From the NCBI GenBank assembly GCA_963805855.1, contig CAWDVW010000005.1:448001-512000 (forward strand): a stretch of 64,000 nucleotides of DNA, in the 5' to 3' direction. This stretch comes from Candidatus Dadabacteria bacterium (GTDB lineage Bacteria; Desulfobacterota_D; UBA1144; Nemesobacterales; CSP1-2). Numbering within the stretch: position 1 is the first letter of the stretch; the number at the start of each line of letters is the position of its first letter. Positions 19,872-31,461 of this stretch are shown here, one piece after another. The position numbers and the translations under genes are program-made. The notes under the pieces are model-generated. The model worked only from the letters and a program-made list of their open reading frames with translations, was not told the DNA's origin and searched no databases.

Positions 19872-19887
19872 TGGCATGAAACTTGCT
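19872..19887 (+). promoter_or_regulatory. sigma54 (-24/-12) promoter
   Basis: TGGCATG-AAAC-TTGCT with canonical GG-N10-GC spacing, 52 bp before the ATG at 19940. Confidence 0.8.
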
Positions 19888-19939
19888 AATTTGCGTTGAA
19901 TAGGATAAACCTGACAAAATCATAAACTAGGAGGAAACT

Positions 19940-21358
19940 ATGGCTAATAGCAGAGTTACCAATTCCAAGGGAAATGTCGTCCAGGAAAAGACGATAGACG
20001 AATTCAAATCCAATTTGCGGGGTGAATTGATAAGTAAAACCGATGAACAATACGACGAGGCTCGTAAGGTTTACAATGGGATGATTGACAAGAAACCGGG
20101 ACTGATCGCGCGTTGTGTGGACGCAGCAGACGTGATAAACGCAGTAAATTTCGCACGTGATAATGATATGCTCGTCTCTATCAGGGGTGGTGGCCACAAT
20201 GTCGGAGGGTTGGGTATATGCGATGATGGTCTTGCAATCGATCTTTCGCTCATGAAGTACACCAGAGTAGATACTGGTGAACGAACTGTGAGAGTCGGGG
20301 CAGGTTGCACATGGGGAGATGTTGATCACGCAACCCATCCTTTTGGACTAGCTATACCGGCCGGAATTATATCAACTACTGGCGTAGCCGGACTAACCCT
20401 TGGCGGAGGGGTTGGTCACCTCACAAGAAAATGTGGATTGACGATAGATAACCTATTGGCCGCCGACATGGTGTTGGCTGATGGTAGGTTCGTTACAGTC
20501 AGTGATAAGGAAAACCAGGATCTATACTGGGCAATTCGGGGTGGAGGTGGGAATTTCGGAGTAGTTACCTCTTTTCTTTTCAGGGCTCATCCCGTTAGCA
20601 CTGTCCATGCCGGACCGATGCTATGGGAACTGGATCAGACAACAGAGGTTATGCAGTGGTACCGTGAATTCATCATAGATGCGCCGGAAGATATTAACGG
20701 CTTCTTTTTATTTCTAGTTGTTCCTCCAGGACCTCCCTTTCCCGAACATCTCCATGGTAAGAATATGTGCGGAATTGTTTGGTGTTACGCCGGCCCAAAG
20801 GAAAAGGTTGAAGAAGCCTTCAAGCCCATTCGTAGAATTTCGAAGCCGGCGTTCGAGCATGTGGGACCCATCCCATTGCCCATGCTAAATAGTGCGTTTG
20901 ATGCGCTTTATCCTAAGGGGCTACAGCAATACTGGAAAGCTGATTTTATGAACGAGCTTAGCAACGAAGCCATAGCTCAACACGTGAAGTACGGGTCGAA
21001 ATTACCTACTCCGCTTACTACAATGCACATATATCCGATAAACGGTGCTGCGCATCGCGTCGAAAAGAACGATACACCATGGAACTACCGCGATGCCATT
21101 TGGGCTCAGGTCATTGTAGGAGTCGATCCAGATCCGGCAAACAACGAAAAGATTATATCCTGGACTAGGGAGTACTGGGATGCCTTGCATCCGCATTCTG
21201 CCGGCGGCGCTTACGTAAACTTCATGATGGACGAGGGTGAAGATAGGATAAGAGCTACGTATGGTGATAACTACGAACGTTTAGTCCAGATAAAAAACAA
21301 ATACGACCCGACCAACCTGTTCCGCGTTAATCAGAACATTAAACCAACAGCTAAATGA
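19940..21358 (+). CDS. FAD-binding oxidoreductase, VAO/PCMH family with BBE-like C-terminus (6-HDNO-like)
   Basis: RGGGH, TGVAGLTLGGG, LYWAIRGGGGNFGVVT, YVNF, KYDPTNLF. Confidence 0.92.
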   Translation: MANSRVTNSKGNVVQEKTIDEFKSNLRGELISKTDEQYDEARKVYNGMIDKKPGLIARCVDAADVINAVNFARDNDMLVSIRGGGHNVGGLGICDDGLAIDLSLMKYTRVDTGERTVRVGAGCTWGDVDHATHPFGLAIPAGIISTTGVAGLTLGGGVGHLTRKCGLTIDNLLAADMVLADGRFVTVSDKENQDLYWAIRGGGGNFGVVTSFLFRAHPVSTVHAGPMLWELDQTTEVMQWYREFIIDAPEDINGFFLFLVVPPGPPFPEHLHGKNMCGIVWCYAGPKEKVEEAFKPIRRISKPAFEHVGPIPLPMLNSAFDALYPKGLQQYWKADFMNELSNEAIAQHVKYGSKLPTPLTTMHIYPINGAAHRVEKNDTPWNYRDAIWAQVIVGVDPDPANNEKIISWTREYWDALHPHSAGGAYVNFMMDEGEDRIRATYGDNYERLVQIKNKYDPTNLFRVNQNIKPTAK

Positions 21359-21466
21359 TCCTGGGGAAGCATAAGCTAGATACCGCTCAAAAATGCTTAA
21401 CCAGCGATTGTTGGGACACCACCTTGCTGGGAATATCTTAATCACGGCTGAGTCTACACAATCGAT

Positions 21467-21491
21467 AGGCGAGGTTTTCCAACCTCGCCTT
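21467..21491. terminator. Hairpin (terminator or REP-like)
   Basis: AGGCGAGGTT-TTCC-AACCTCGCCT downstream of the FAD oxidase. Confidence 0.5.
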
Positions 21492-21523
21492 CTTCACATT
21501 ATTTATAGGAATCTGTCAGTATT

Positions 21524-21602
21524 AATTAGTGACACTAATTGATCGCTAATACTTTCGCTGCACGTTATGGCGTTGACTTTTTAACTCTTAATAAATTATA
21601 AT
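21524..21602 (+). promoter_or_regulatory. Palindrome plus sigma70-like promoter upstream of the ATPase-cyclase gene
   Basis: AATTAGTG-A-CACTAATT (21524-21540); TTGACT 21573, 18 bp spacer, TATAAT 21597. Confidence 0.5.
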
Positions 21603-21654
21603 TAGAGATAGTTTTAATTTAGACGTGGAACGATTAGGATTGGGGTACGATCGT

Positions 21655-23845
21655 ATGGCTCGAACCATATCTGCACGATTAGCAGAGCGGGCACAAACCT
21701 AGCTTCGTTGGGCGAAAAGAAGAACTTTCATTACTAAGAAGTGCAATATCATCAGATGAGCTTCCATTCGTTGTAGTTTACACTCACGGAGTTGGGGGCA
21801 TTGGAAAATCCAGGCTGCTCCAAGCCATATTTCAAAATCTACATCCAGACATTACGGCGATCAGATTGGACTGTCGAGAAATTGAACCAACCGAGCAGGG
21901 CTTTCTAAATGCACTTAGAAATGCTGTTTGTCCAGAAGAGTTGGAGTTAGAGAAAACTAAGATCATCTCAAAGTTGGCCCAACCAGGCAGACGCACGGTA
22001 CTCGCTCTTGACACTTATGAGACCTTTGGCTTAATGGACACGTGGTTGCGTCAAGAGTTTATTCCTGATCTCCCGGATACGGTTCTCGTCCTCATCAACA
22101 GCCGTGAAAGACCAAATTCAGCCTGGCTAACCACTCCAGGTTGGGAATCTCTATTTCATGAAATTCATCTTGAAGAACTTCCAGAAAGGGACGCTCATGA
22201 AATGTTGAGGCTTCGTGGACTCAATAAATCGCAGATAAAAAAGGTAAACCGTTTCGCGCGCGGTTATCCGCTGGCATTAGAGCTAGCTTGTGCCGCGATC
22301 AAGAACAATCCTGATCTCGAGATGATAGAAGGGCCGCCTCCCAAGGTTTTAAAACATCTAACGGATCGGTTTCTCAGTGGTCTCCCGTTAGAAATAAAAG
22401 AGGCCATAGAAGCTTCGTCAACCGTCTGTCGGTTCACCGAGCCTGTTTTAAGGTCTTTGCTAAATAAGACCAATGTCAAAGAGGTATTCAATAAATTGCA
22501 AGAACTTCCCTTTGTAAATGCTACGGATGAAGGATTATTTCTACATGATCTGGTTCGGGAGACTATTTCCAACAGCTTATCGAGCAGAGATCCGGAAAGT
22601 TACCGCGGGTATCGCAGGAGGGCATGGCGGTATTTTAATACAGAATCGTATCGAGCCCAGGCAATTAATCTCTGGCAATACACCGCGGACTTACTCTATC
22701 TGATACAGAACCCCAATATCAGAGAGGCTTTCTTTCCGCGAGGAGCCAGCGATTACACAGTAGAGCGGGCCACCACGGGTGACACCGAGGAGATTTGTAA
22801 TATTTGCTCAACTACAGAGCCCAAAGAGGCAACTCGGCTCATCCAGCGTTGGTGGGACCGGCATCCTGAGACCTTTAGCGTCGCAAGGACGCGGGATGTC
22901 AGGGTCGCAGCGTTTTACATCCTATTCGAACCCAATGACGTTGACCCTGACTTACTGGCAGATGATCCCCTGACTGCCGCGTGGTTGGAGCACCTACAGA
23001 TAAATCCCCTTGCTCCCGGGGAGCGTGTGCTCTTCCTCCGGAGGTGGCTTACCCGATTAATCGGCGAGGCTCACTCACCAGCTCTGGCTGCGTCTTGGCT
23101 CGACGTCAAGCGCACCTACATGGAGCTCCGACCTGGTTTGCGGCGGCTCTACGGAACAGTAATTGATCCTCTGCCTTTTCTTCCCATGCTAGGTCCCCTT
23201 GGCTTCGTTCCGCTCGAGGAAGCAAATATAATGCTCGGTGGGGTCACGTATCACACAGCCCTCCTCGACTTTGGCCCCTCCAGTGTTGATGGCTGGCTCA
23301 GTAGACTGATTGGTGCGGAACTGGGTGTGGATAAAGAAGAAATTGAAGAAATTCCAGAAGGCACTGTAACTATTTTGTTCGCCGACATTGCAGACTCAAC
23401 AAAGCTCACTGAAAAACTCAGCGATTCGGCCTTTAGAGATGAATCCCGGAAACTGGAGGAGGCGCTAAAGAAAGCAATTACTGCGTGCGACGGAAAGATG
23501 ATCGAAGGGAAACTACTTGGTGACGGTGTCTTGGCTGTGTTCAAATCGGCGAATAAGGCAATTGATTGTGCGTTCAGCTTTAATAATGCAGCTAATTCGA
23601 CCATCCTTAGACTTCACATCGGATTGCATGCCGGCGACGTTATTCGGGAGGGCAAGAATATATATGGAGGCGCAGTAAATATAGCTGCGCGTATTTCTGA
23701 TAAATCTGCTCCTGGGGAAATTGTTGTGTCTGAAACTGTGAGGAGTATTGCCAGAACGTCAATCAGAGTTAAATTTGAGGACAGGGGATTACACAGCTTA
23801 AAAGGCATTTCAGATCCGCATCGCCTCTTCTCAGTCCGTTTATAA
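21655..23845 (+). CDS. AAA/STAND ATPase with central GNAT-like region and C-terminal class III cyclase; +1 frameshift near codon 15
   Basis: ATG 21655 MARTISARLAERAQT then shifted frame SFVGRKEEL...GVGGIGKS continuous with ORF 21866; C-terminus FADIADST, LLGDG, GLHAG, GGAVNIAARI. Confidence 0.8.
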
Positions 23846-24013
23846 GATTTGATTATTGACTGAATAAATCTCTTTTAAATTGTACGTTGAAAATTCATCC
23901 TAACGATCTCGATCTAAAAATCGAACTAGTTTTATATCATTTCTTGTTATAATCAGTAAAATTAAGGGTTCACACCAATAAACATAATCAAAATAGATAG
24001 AGGAGGACAAACT

Positions 24014-24403
24014 ATGAAAGACTTTTCAGGGACCTTTATATTGCTTCTTATAACAATCTTGATGACCCTGTTTATGATTGATAGGGCTATGGCTCAAGAT
24101 GCGTTGGAAGTAGCGCCAGAGCACTACACCGTGCTGCTGGAAAATGACAAGGTAAGGGTGCTTGAAGTTAAAATCAAACCGGGCGAGAAGGAAGCGATGC
24201 ATACCCATCCGGCTACTGTGCACATAGAATTGGTTCCTACCAAGGTCAAAATCGGCTATCCCGATGGAAAAAGTGTAACGCTAGAAGGAAAGAAAGGGGA
24301 AGCAATATGGGTTGGTCCCGTGAAGCATACCGTGGAGAACATAGGCGACACGGAGATTCACGCCTATATAATTGAGCTAAAAGACATACCGTATAAAGAC
24401 TGA
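24014..24403 (+). CDS. Secreted cupin-domain protein
   Basis: Signal peptide (AMA|QD), LLENDKVRVLE, MHTHP, KHTVEN. Confidence 0.78.
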   Translation: MKDFSGTFILLLITILMTLFMIDRAMAQDALEVAPEHYTVLLENDKVRVLEVKIKPGEKEAMHTHPATVHIELVPTKVKIGYPDGKSVTLEGKKGEAIWVGPVKHTVENIGDTEIHAYIIELKDIPYKD

Positions 24404-24410
24404 GGTCCAA

Positions 24411-25884
24411 TTGAACCGCAGGGATTTTCTAAGGTCTATCCTAGGATCATCTGGTCTAATTCCAACATTATCGTGGAAGTCCGCCACTTCAGAGACGAAA
24501 GGTAAGGGAGTATTGGTAAATGATGCGCATACACAACTTAATCCGACCTATGTGGATCAGATCGTTTACCCGCAGTCTATCGACACAGTTCAAAGTATAA
24601 TCCAAAACGCCTCCCGTAACGGAAGCAAGATTTGTATAGCTGGTGCACGCCATGCCATGGGAGCGCAACAGTTCGCAACCGATGGAATTCTTATAGACAC
24701 GACGACACTTAGCAAGGTGTTGAAATTCAACCCGGAGAAGGCGACTATCGAGGTGGAAGCTGGAGTGAGGTGGCCCCAACTGATTGGCTACTACATCGAA
24801 GCACAGAAAGGAAAGAAGGCTCAATGGGGAATTGCCCAAAAACAGACTGCTGACTGGCTATCAATTGGCGGTAGCCTCGGATCCAATATCCATGGCCGTG
24901 GACTCACAGATGAAACCCTTTGTTCAGGATATTGAATCGTTTCAATTAATCGATTCAAATGGAGAGCCTACACAAATGCAGTCGTAAAGAGAATCCGGAG
25001 CTCTTCGGTCTCGCCATCGGCGGATACGGATTGCTTGGAATCGTTTATTCCGTCGAACTGCGTCTTGTGCCCAGGCAAAAGGTAGAGCGTGTGAGCAAGA
25101 TTCTAAGTGTAGATGACTTAATGCCAGCTTATGAAAAGCGCATTGCAGACGGTTTCCTGTATGGAGAATTTCTTTACAACTCTGACGCAAAATCAAAAGA
25201 CTTTCTCAGAAAGGGAATATTTGTCTGCTACCGGCCTGTAGAAACGAAGAAAACCAGTACCGGACTACCCGGAGCAACCTTCAGCCGAAAAGTGGATGAA
25301 TCTACGGTATCTGGCTCATGCAAAGAAAGAGGAGTTTTTCCGCAAAGTTTCTGATCACTATCTGTCGACCTCTGGTAATGTATATTGGTCAGACACACAC
25401 CAGATGGGGTTATACATTTATGACTATCACAAGCAACTTGATAGAATGCTCGGTTCTCCAGAGGCAACCGATATCCCGGCGGAGGTCTATGTACCGAGAG
25501 ACAGGCTAACCGATCTCATAAACGAGATGCGAGAAGATTTCTTAAAAAACAATGTGGATTTAATATTTGGAAATATAGGTGTGATAGAAGAGGATAATGA
25601 GAGCTTTTTGGCTTACGCAAAAGAGCCTTATGCGACAATCAGCTTTCATATACACACAGTCCATACACCTGACGGTCTAAAGCGCTCTGCCGAGGCGCAT
25701 CGCAGAGTCATTGATATGGCAATAGAGCGCGGAGGAAGTTACTACCTCACCAACCACAGGTTTGCAACGCCAAAGCAATTAAATGCCTGTTATCCGCAAT
25801 TCCCTGAATTTCTTCAGTTAAAAAAAAAATATGATAAAGAAGATATTCCAGAGCGATTGGTACAGCTACTATAAGAACATGTAA
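24411..25884 (+). pseudogene. Tat-exported FAD-binding oxidoreductase (DprE1/lactone oxidase-like) with ~4 frameshifts (possibly sequencing error)
   Basis: MNRRDFL Tat motif, GARHAMGAQQF, NIHGRGL, AIGGYGLLG, GGSYYLT, FQSDWY spread over ORFs 24411, 24784, 24959, 25296 and a final shifted tail. Confidence 0.8.
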
Positions 25885-26147
25885 GGAGAACTATAATTGC
25901 GAGTCGCAAAGAGACGAATCCACCATCATTCTGGTTGAGCACTTATTCTGCTTAGCTTTCGAAATTTCAATTTGCCAGTCGCAGACCGTCGTAATTTTTC
26001 AAAGTTAATCCTTTCACTTTTTTTGGACTTGGGAAAAGCGTGCGCGTAAAAAATAAGTGTCAGTTTCCCCTCAGATGTTTTATGTAGTATCTTTTATAAT
26101 TAAGAAATATTTGAAGAGCAAAAAATAGCGAGGGTAGAGGTAAGCGG

Positions 26148-29100
26148 ATGATATGTCCTTCCTGTAACTTTCAAAATCGAGAAAAGCTAAAGTATCTGTA
26201 AAGAATGTGGAGCAAAATTAGAATTCGTCTGTCCCCAGTGTAACAATAAAGTTGAACTAAATGCCAAATTTTGTGATGAGTGCGGTCATAATTTTAAACG
26301 AGCTAAGAGAGACCAGAAATCTCCCCAAATTGAGTTAGGCAAACCCCATAGCTATATCCCTCAAAATCTCGCTGATAAAATTCGGGCCTCAAGAAGTGGT
26401 ATAGAAGGAGAAAGGAAGCTTGTTACCGTTCTGTTTGCCGATGTAAAGGGCTCAACGGCAATCGGTGAAAATCTCGACCCTGAGGAACTTCACTCAATAA
26501 TAGAAAAATCATATGAAATCTCGTTGAAAGAAATTCATCGATTTGAAGGAACTGTAAATCAGTTTCTCGGTGACGGATTCATGGCCCTTTTTGGTGCACC
26601 AATAGCACACGAAGACCATGCCATACGAGCAATCCACTCTGCCCTTGCTATACAAAACGCTATGACTTTTTATACCGATGAGTTAAAGAAAGACCGGGAT
26701 ATAGAATTTAAGATGAGACTTGGAATAAACACCGGAACTGTAGTAGTTGGAAATATAGGAGACGACCTCAAGATGGACTACACCGCATTGGGCGACACAG
26801 TAAACCTAGCATCTAGAATGGAACAGATTGCTCAGCCTGGAAGCATTACCATTGCTGAAGACAGCTATAAGCTCGTAAAAGATCACTTCAGTTTTAGGTC
26901 ATTAGGTCCACTAGAGATAAAAGGAAAGAAGAAACCAGTATCCGTTTATGAGGTTATAGAGCCCAGAGGAAGGGAGAAAACGAGAATTGAGATTTCAGAG
27001 GAGCGGGGATTTACAAGATTTATAGGCAGAGAGAGAGAAATAGAGGTACTAAGAGACTCTCTTGCAAGATCGAGAGATGGCCACGGACAGGCCGTAACCA
27101 TAGTTGGCGATGCAGGGATAGGTAAATCTCGACTTCTTTATGAATTTAGAAAACTCCTGGAAGACGAGAATATACTTTATTTAGAGGGTAGATGCATTTA
27201 TTATGGTAAATCAATGTCTTATTTGCCAGTTATAGACATTATAAAAAAGAGGTTTCGAGTAGATAAATTAGACACTGAAAAAACGATCAGAAAAAAGATA
27301 GAAAAGGGGATAAGAGATATAGACCCAAGCTTAAAAGAGGGTGTTCCTTTCCTCTATGACATACTTTCGATTGATTCGGATGACCCTACACTTAAGAGCC
27401 TGGACGTAAGAGACAAGAGGAGGAGAACGATTGACACCATCAAAAATATAATCTTAGCGGATAGTACACCTAGACCTCTTGTGGTAGTTGTTGAGAATCT
27501 TCACTGGATAGACGGTGCCTCTGAGGAATTTATTAGCTTTCTTATCGATAACTTGCCAGGTAATCGGATAATGCTGATTCTAACTAGTCGTCCCGGATAC
27601 AGGCCCAAATGGAGTGAGAAATCCTATCACAATCAAATCGCTCCAAGCCGTTTGTCAAATTCCGAAGTGGGGGAGATGATTGGGTCAATCTTAGATGCCA
27701 AAAATGTAGCTGGAGCGCTAACCAAATTGGTTACTCAAAAAGCCGATGGAATACCTTTTTATGTCGAGGAAATCATTAAATCCTTCACTGAATCTGGAAT
27801 TATAGTGGAAAGCAAAGATGGCTATGATGTCAGCAAAGGAATAGCTGAGATGAACGTGCCTGACACAATTCAGGACATTATCATGGCCCGGATTGATAGG
27901 TTAGAGGAGAGTCACAAAAGTACACTTCAATTTGCCTCTGTAATCGGTAGGGATTTTAACTACAAGCTACTGAAAGAGCTAATGGAAGTAGGAGAAGAGC
28001 TTCAAGACTATCTTACCAAGCTAAAAAGCTTAGAGCTGGTTTATGAAAGGAGTCTCTTTCCAGATCCAGAATATCGATTCAAACATACTCTAACACAGGA
28101 AGTAGCTTACAACAGCGTCCTAATTAGGAGAAGAAAAGAACTACATGGGAAGATAGGTGAGATCATGGAGGATCTATATGGGGATAAGCTGGAAGAAAAT
28201 TATGAGCTATTGGCGTATCACTATGGAAGAAGCCCCAGAGACGAGAAAGCAGTTGATTATTTGGTCCTGGCAGGGGATAAGTCTGCAAAGATATATTCTC
28301 CCGAGGATGCTATAGCCTATTATGAAGAAGCCCTTAAGAAACTGGATAATTTGCCGGATACCAGATCCAATAAGGAAAAGAGGGTAGATATTTTCATAAA
28401 GCAGGCGAGAGTTATGCGTCTTATGGGTCGCTTTAAAGAGTACATAAAAACACTGGAAAAGCACTTACCAATAGTAGAAGAGCTCGGAGACAAAAATAGG
28501 CTAGCGGAATACTACTTTAAAATGGGATTCTATTACTCAGTTATGGGAGAACTTTCAGATTCAATCAAGTACCTGGCTAACTCTATCAAACTCGCTCAGG
28601 TAACAAAAAATGAAAGGATCATTGGATTGGCATCAGCTAGGCAAGGGTATAACTACTGGTACAAGGGCGAATTCAAGAAGGGGATTCCCATCATTAAAAA
28701 AGGTATAAAAATTCTAGAAAAGCTAGGTGATGATTATTGGCTTGCTAGGTCGTTCCAACCGTTAGGAGCATGCTATTGGCAACTTGGTGACTGGGATAAC
28801 AGCATCAACTGCATGCAAAAGCTTCTGAAAAAAAGCGAAGAATTATCAGACAACAACCTAATGGTTTTAGCAAACTGGTCTGCTGCTCTTCCCCATTTAG
28901 AAAAAGGAGAATGGGACATAGCGATTAAGTACTGTGAAAAAAGCCTTGAAATGTCTCCTCCACCCGTGTTCGCTGCGTTTGCAACAGGATTTCTCGGCAC
29001 TGCATATTACAGGAGTGGTCAATTAAAGAAAGGAATAGATTGTATGGAGAAAGCCATCCAACAGAGCAAATCGTTTGGACTGAAGCAACAAGAAGCTATA

Positions 29101-29499
29101 TGCACCGTTTCTTTAGCAGAGGCTTATTTATCCATAGGTGAAAGGGAACGAGCCCAAGAGACAATCAAAAGTGCTTTGGATATTAGTACAAAAGCCGGCT
29201 TTAAGCACATCGAGGCCATGGCTTTAAGGGTCTCGGGTGAAATATATGGTTCATCAAATTTTCATAAGGCTAAAAAGCATATCGAAGATAGCATTACGAT
29301 CTTTAGGAAAATAGGAGCGAAAAACGAGCTTGCTAAGAGCTATTTTAGTTTGGGGAGGCTATACAAGGAAAAAGGTGAAAAAACTAAGGCAAAGAAATAC
29401 GTCACTCAGGCTCTCACCATCTTCGAAAAGCTGGGCACACTCCACGAACCCGAGAAGGCAAGGGAAATACTCAGGGATGTAAAGGGGTCGCCGTCCTAA
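26148..29499 (+). CDS. Double zinc ribbon-class III cyclase-STAND ATPase-TPR protein; +1 frameshift near 26190
   Basis: ATG 26148 MICPSCNFQN then shifted CKECG...CPQC...CDECG...GERKLVTVLFADVKGST continuous with ORF 26524; QFLGDG, GDTVNLASR, GDAGIGKS. Confidence 0.87.
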
Positions 29500-29556
29500 C
29501 AAACTGACCGCACGCATACGAGTTAGCAGTTTAACATGAAGTAACAATTGATACTG

Positions 29557-30431
29557 CTAAATTAGTAAACGTTTCTTCATTGCGTCAGTAAGATGTAGCT
29601 CAGGATTACTTTGCTTAAGGATAGCTTCCATCCTTAAACGAACTATTTCGAGTGGCTGAGAATTCGGAAAAATATAGAATTTTTCTTCACGTATTGCATT
29701 TATCGTGTGATCGGCAACCTCTTCTCGGCGTCATTCCATGTGAAATGAACTCTCTATAGGCATCGAGCCACACTTCCTCTATCTCAGTTCGTGGCTTGTC
29801 ATTTCGCCTGAAGATGAGTCGGCCGATTTCGCTCTGATTCCATGAACTTTGTCTTTACCATCCCTGGGCATAGTACCGACACTTTCAACTTGGCATTTTG
29901 CAATAAAAGCTCATGGTAAAGCGACTCAGATAAGGTTATGATGGCACCTTTGGTCACGTGGTAAAGAGAAACCAGAGGCATAGAAAACAACCCCGCCACC
30001 GAAGCTGTATTTATTATGTGGGCTTCTTCATCTTGTTCCAGCATTATTGGCACAAATGTTCTGATTCCATGAATCACTCCCCAGAGGTTTACACCTAACA
30101 CCCACTCCCAGTCTTTAAGGCTTTGCCTCCATAATGGTGCGAAATCTCCGAAAACACCGGCGTTGTTGCAAAGAATATGAACCACACCAAAGGTGTCAAT
30201 CGATTTTCTGGCGAGCCTTTCGACGTCCTCTGCGTTGGAGACATCAGTTAAGACTCCAATAACCTCTGTGCCCATATCCCTTAATTCACTCTCTGCCTTA
30301 GAGAGTGACAATTCCTCGACATCTGCGAGTACAATCTTCATTTGTTCTCGAGCCAATCTCTCGGCAATAGCACGCCCAATGCCACTCCCAGCTCCAGTTA
30401 TAACAGCCACCTTTTCTTTAAACTCTTTCAT
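29557..30431 (-). pseudogene. SDR-family oxidoreductase with two C-terminal frameshifts (possibly sequencing error)
   Basis: TGAGSGIG, NNAG, YHVTK; homology continues in shifted frames (GMTP-EEVADHTINAIREEKFYIFP) to a stop at 29557. Confidence 0.8.
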
Positions 30432-30714
30432 AGTATTGCCCCGCTTTTTTTTAAGATTTCATAGATGACAAGAACAAATCGTATAGGGAAATAAATGTGA
30501 TCCTTACAAATAACCCTCTTATTTCCCTCGCATAAAAAACATGCCAAGGTCGTCTCAAGCCTGCCAAAATTAGGTCTACCTATTAGAGTTAGAGTTTTTG
30601 CCATACTCTCGTTATTTCTCAAATAGTCCTACAACTCTGATGTCAGTTAAACTATGACACTATTATTAGGTGGGCAAATCAGTTTCAATTTATGTCTTTG
30701 ATTGATAACTGAGT

Positions 30715-31239
30715 TTATTTTTCCGCAGAAGGTGGCGTAATTGTAAATCCAAGCTGTCTAAACACAGAAGCCATGTTTACATAAAACCACTCCTCTGCTA
30801 TTTTCCCATGATCTATACGAGTAATTATTACACCTGAAACTTTGACATTTTTACCAGTAGGTGGTGCATCTCCCCTGGGTCCTGTATTTGTACCAATGAA
30901 ACGCATGAGCATTATAACCATATCATCACTTACGATTAATTCATCGGCTTCAATTTTCATGTCAGGATAGGCTGTTCTCAAGAAATTAACATATTCCTTG
31001 AACGCTTCCGTGCCCGCTCGCTCCGGACCGACTTGATCTACAAGATGTAGTTTGAATTCAGGTGCATAGAGTACCTCAACCAGTGCCATGTTACCTTTGT
31101 TCCATACCTCCAAACTTTGTTCTACGAGAGCCTTAGGATCCGCACCTGATTCCGCTTTGGCAGCCTGAACACCGGAAGTCACGAAAAGTGCTAGAACTAA
31201 CAATAGAGGTAATTTCAAAGGAAGTAAATGATTTTTCAT
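30715..31239 (-). CDS. Secreted SnoaL-like/ester cyclase (NTF2 fold)
   Basis: Signal peptide; AYPD, GTNTG, PPTGK, GKIAEEW. Confidence 0.85.
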   Translation of the reverse strand: MKNHLLPLKLPLLLVLALFVTSGVQAAKAESGADPKALVEQSLEVWNKGNMALVEVLYAPEFKLHLVDQVGPERAGTEAFKEYVNFLRTAYPDMKIEADELIVSDDMVIMLMRFIGTNTGPRGDAPPTGKNVKVSGVIITRIDHGKIAEEWFYVNMASVFRQLGFTITPPSAEK

Positions 31240-31461
31240 TTTACTTCTCCCATTATATTATTTTGATTCTTGAAACTCATTATATCACGCATCTTGTTTT
31301 AAAACTATTTTCTAGGTGATAAGATACTTTTATACCAAAAGTACACAAGAAATCTTCCTCAATGTGATGAGGAATAAATAGGGGCAGGCCACACTAATTT
31401 CAATGGGTTGAGGGAATTCATTGAAATAAATAGTTATAATCTATATTGAAAAGGAGAATAT

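Noticed and set aside
21700-21702. TAG read-through or recoding in the ATPase-cyclase gene
   Set aside because: Downstream homology is in another frame, so this is a frameshift rather than an in-frame stop
30529-30546. sigma54 promoter for the SDR gene (TGGCATG...ATGC, minus strand)
   Set aside because: GG to GC spacing is 2 bp too long
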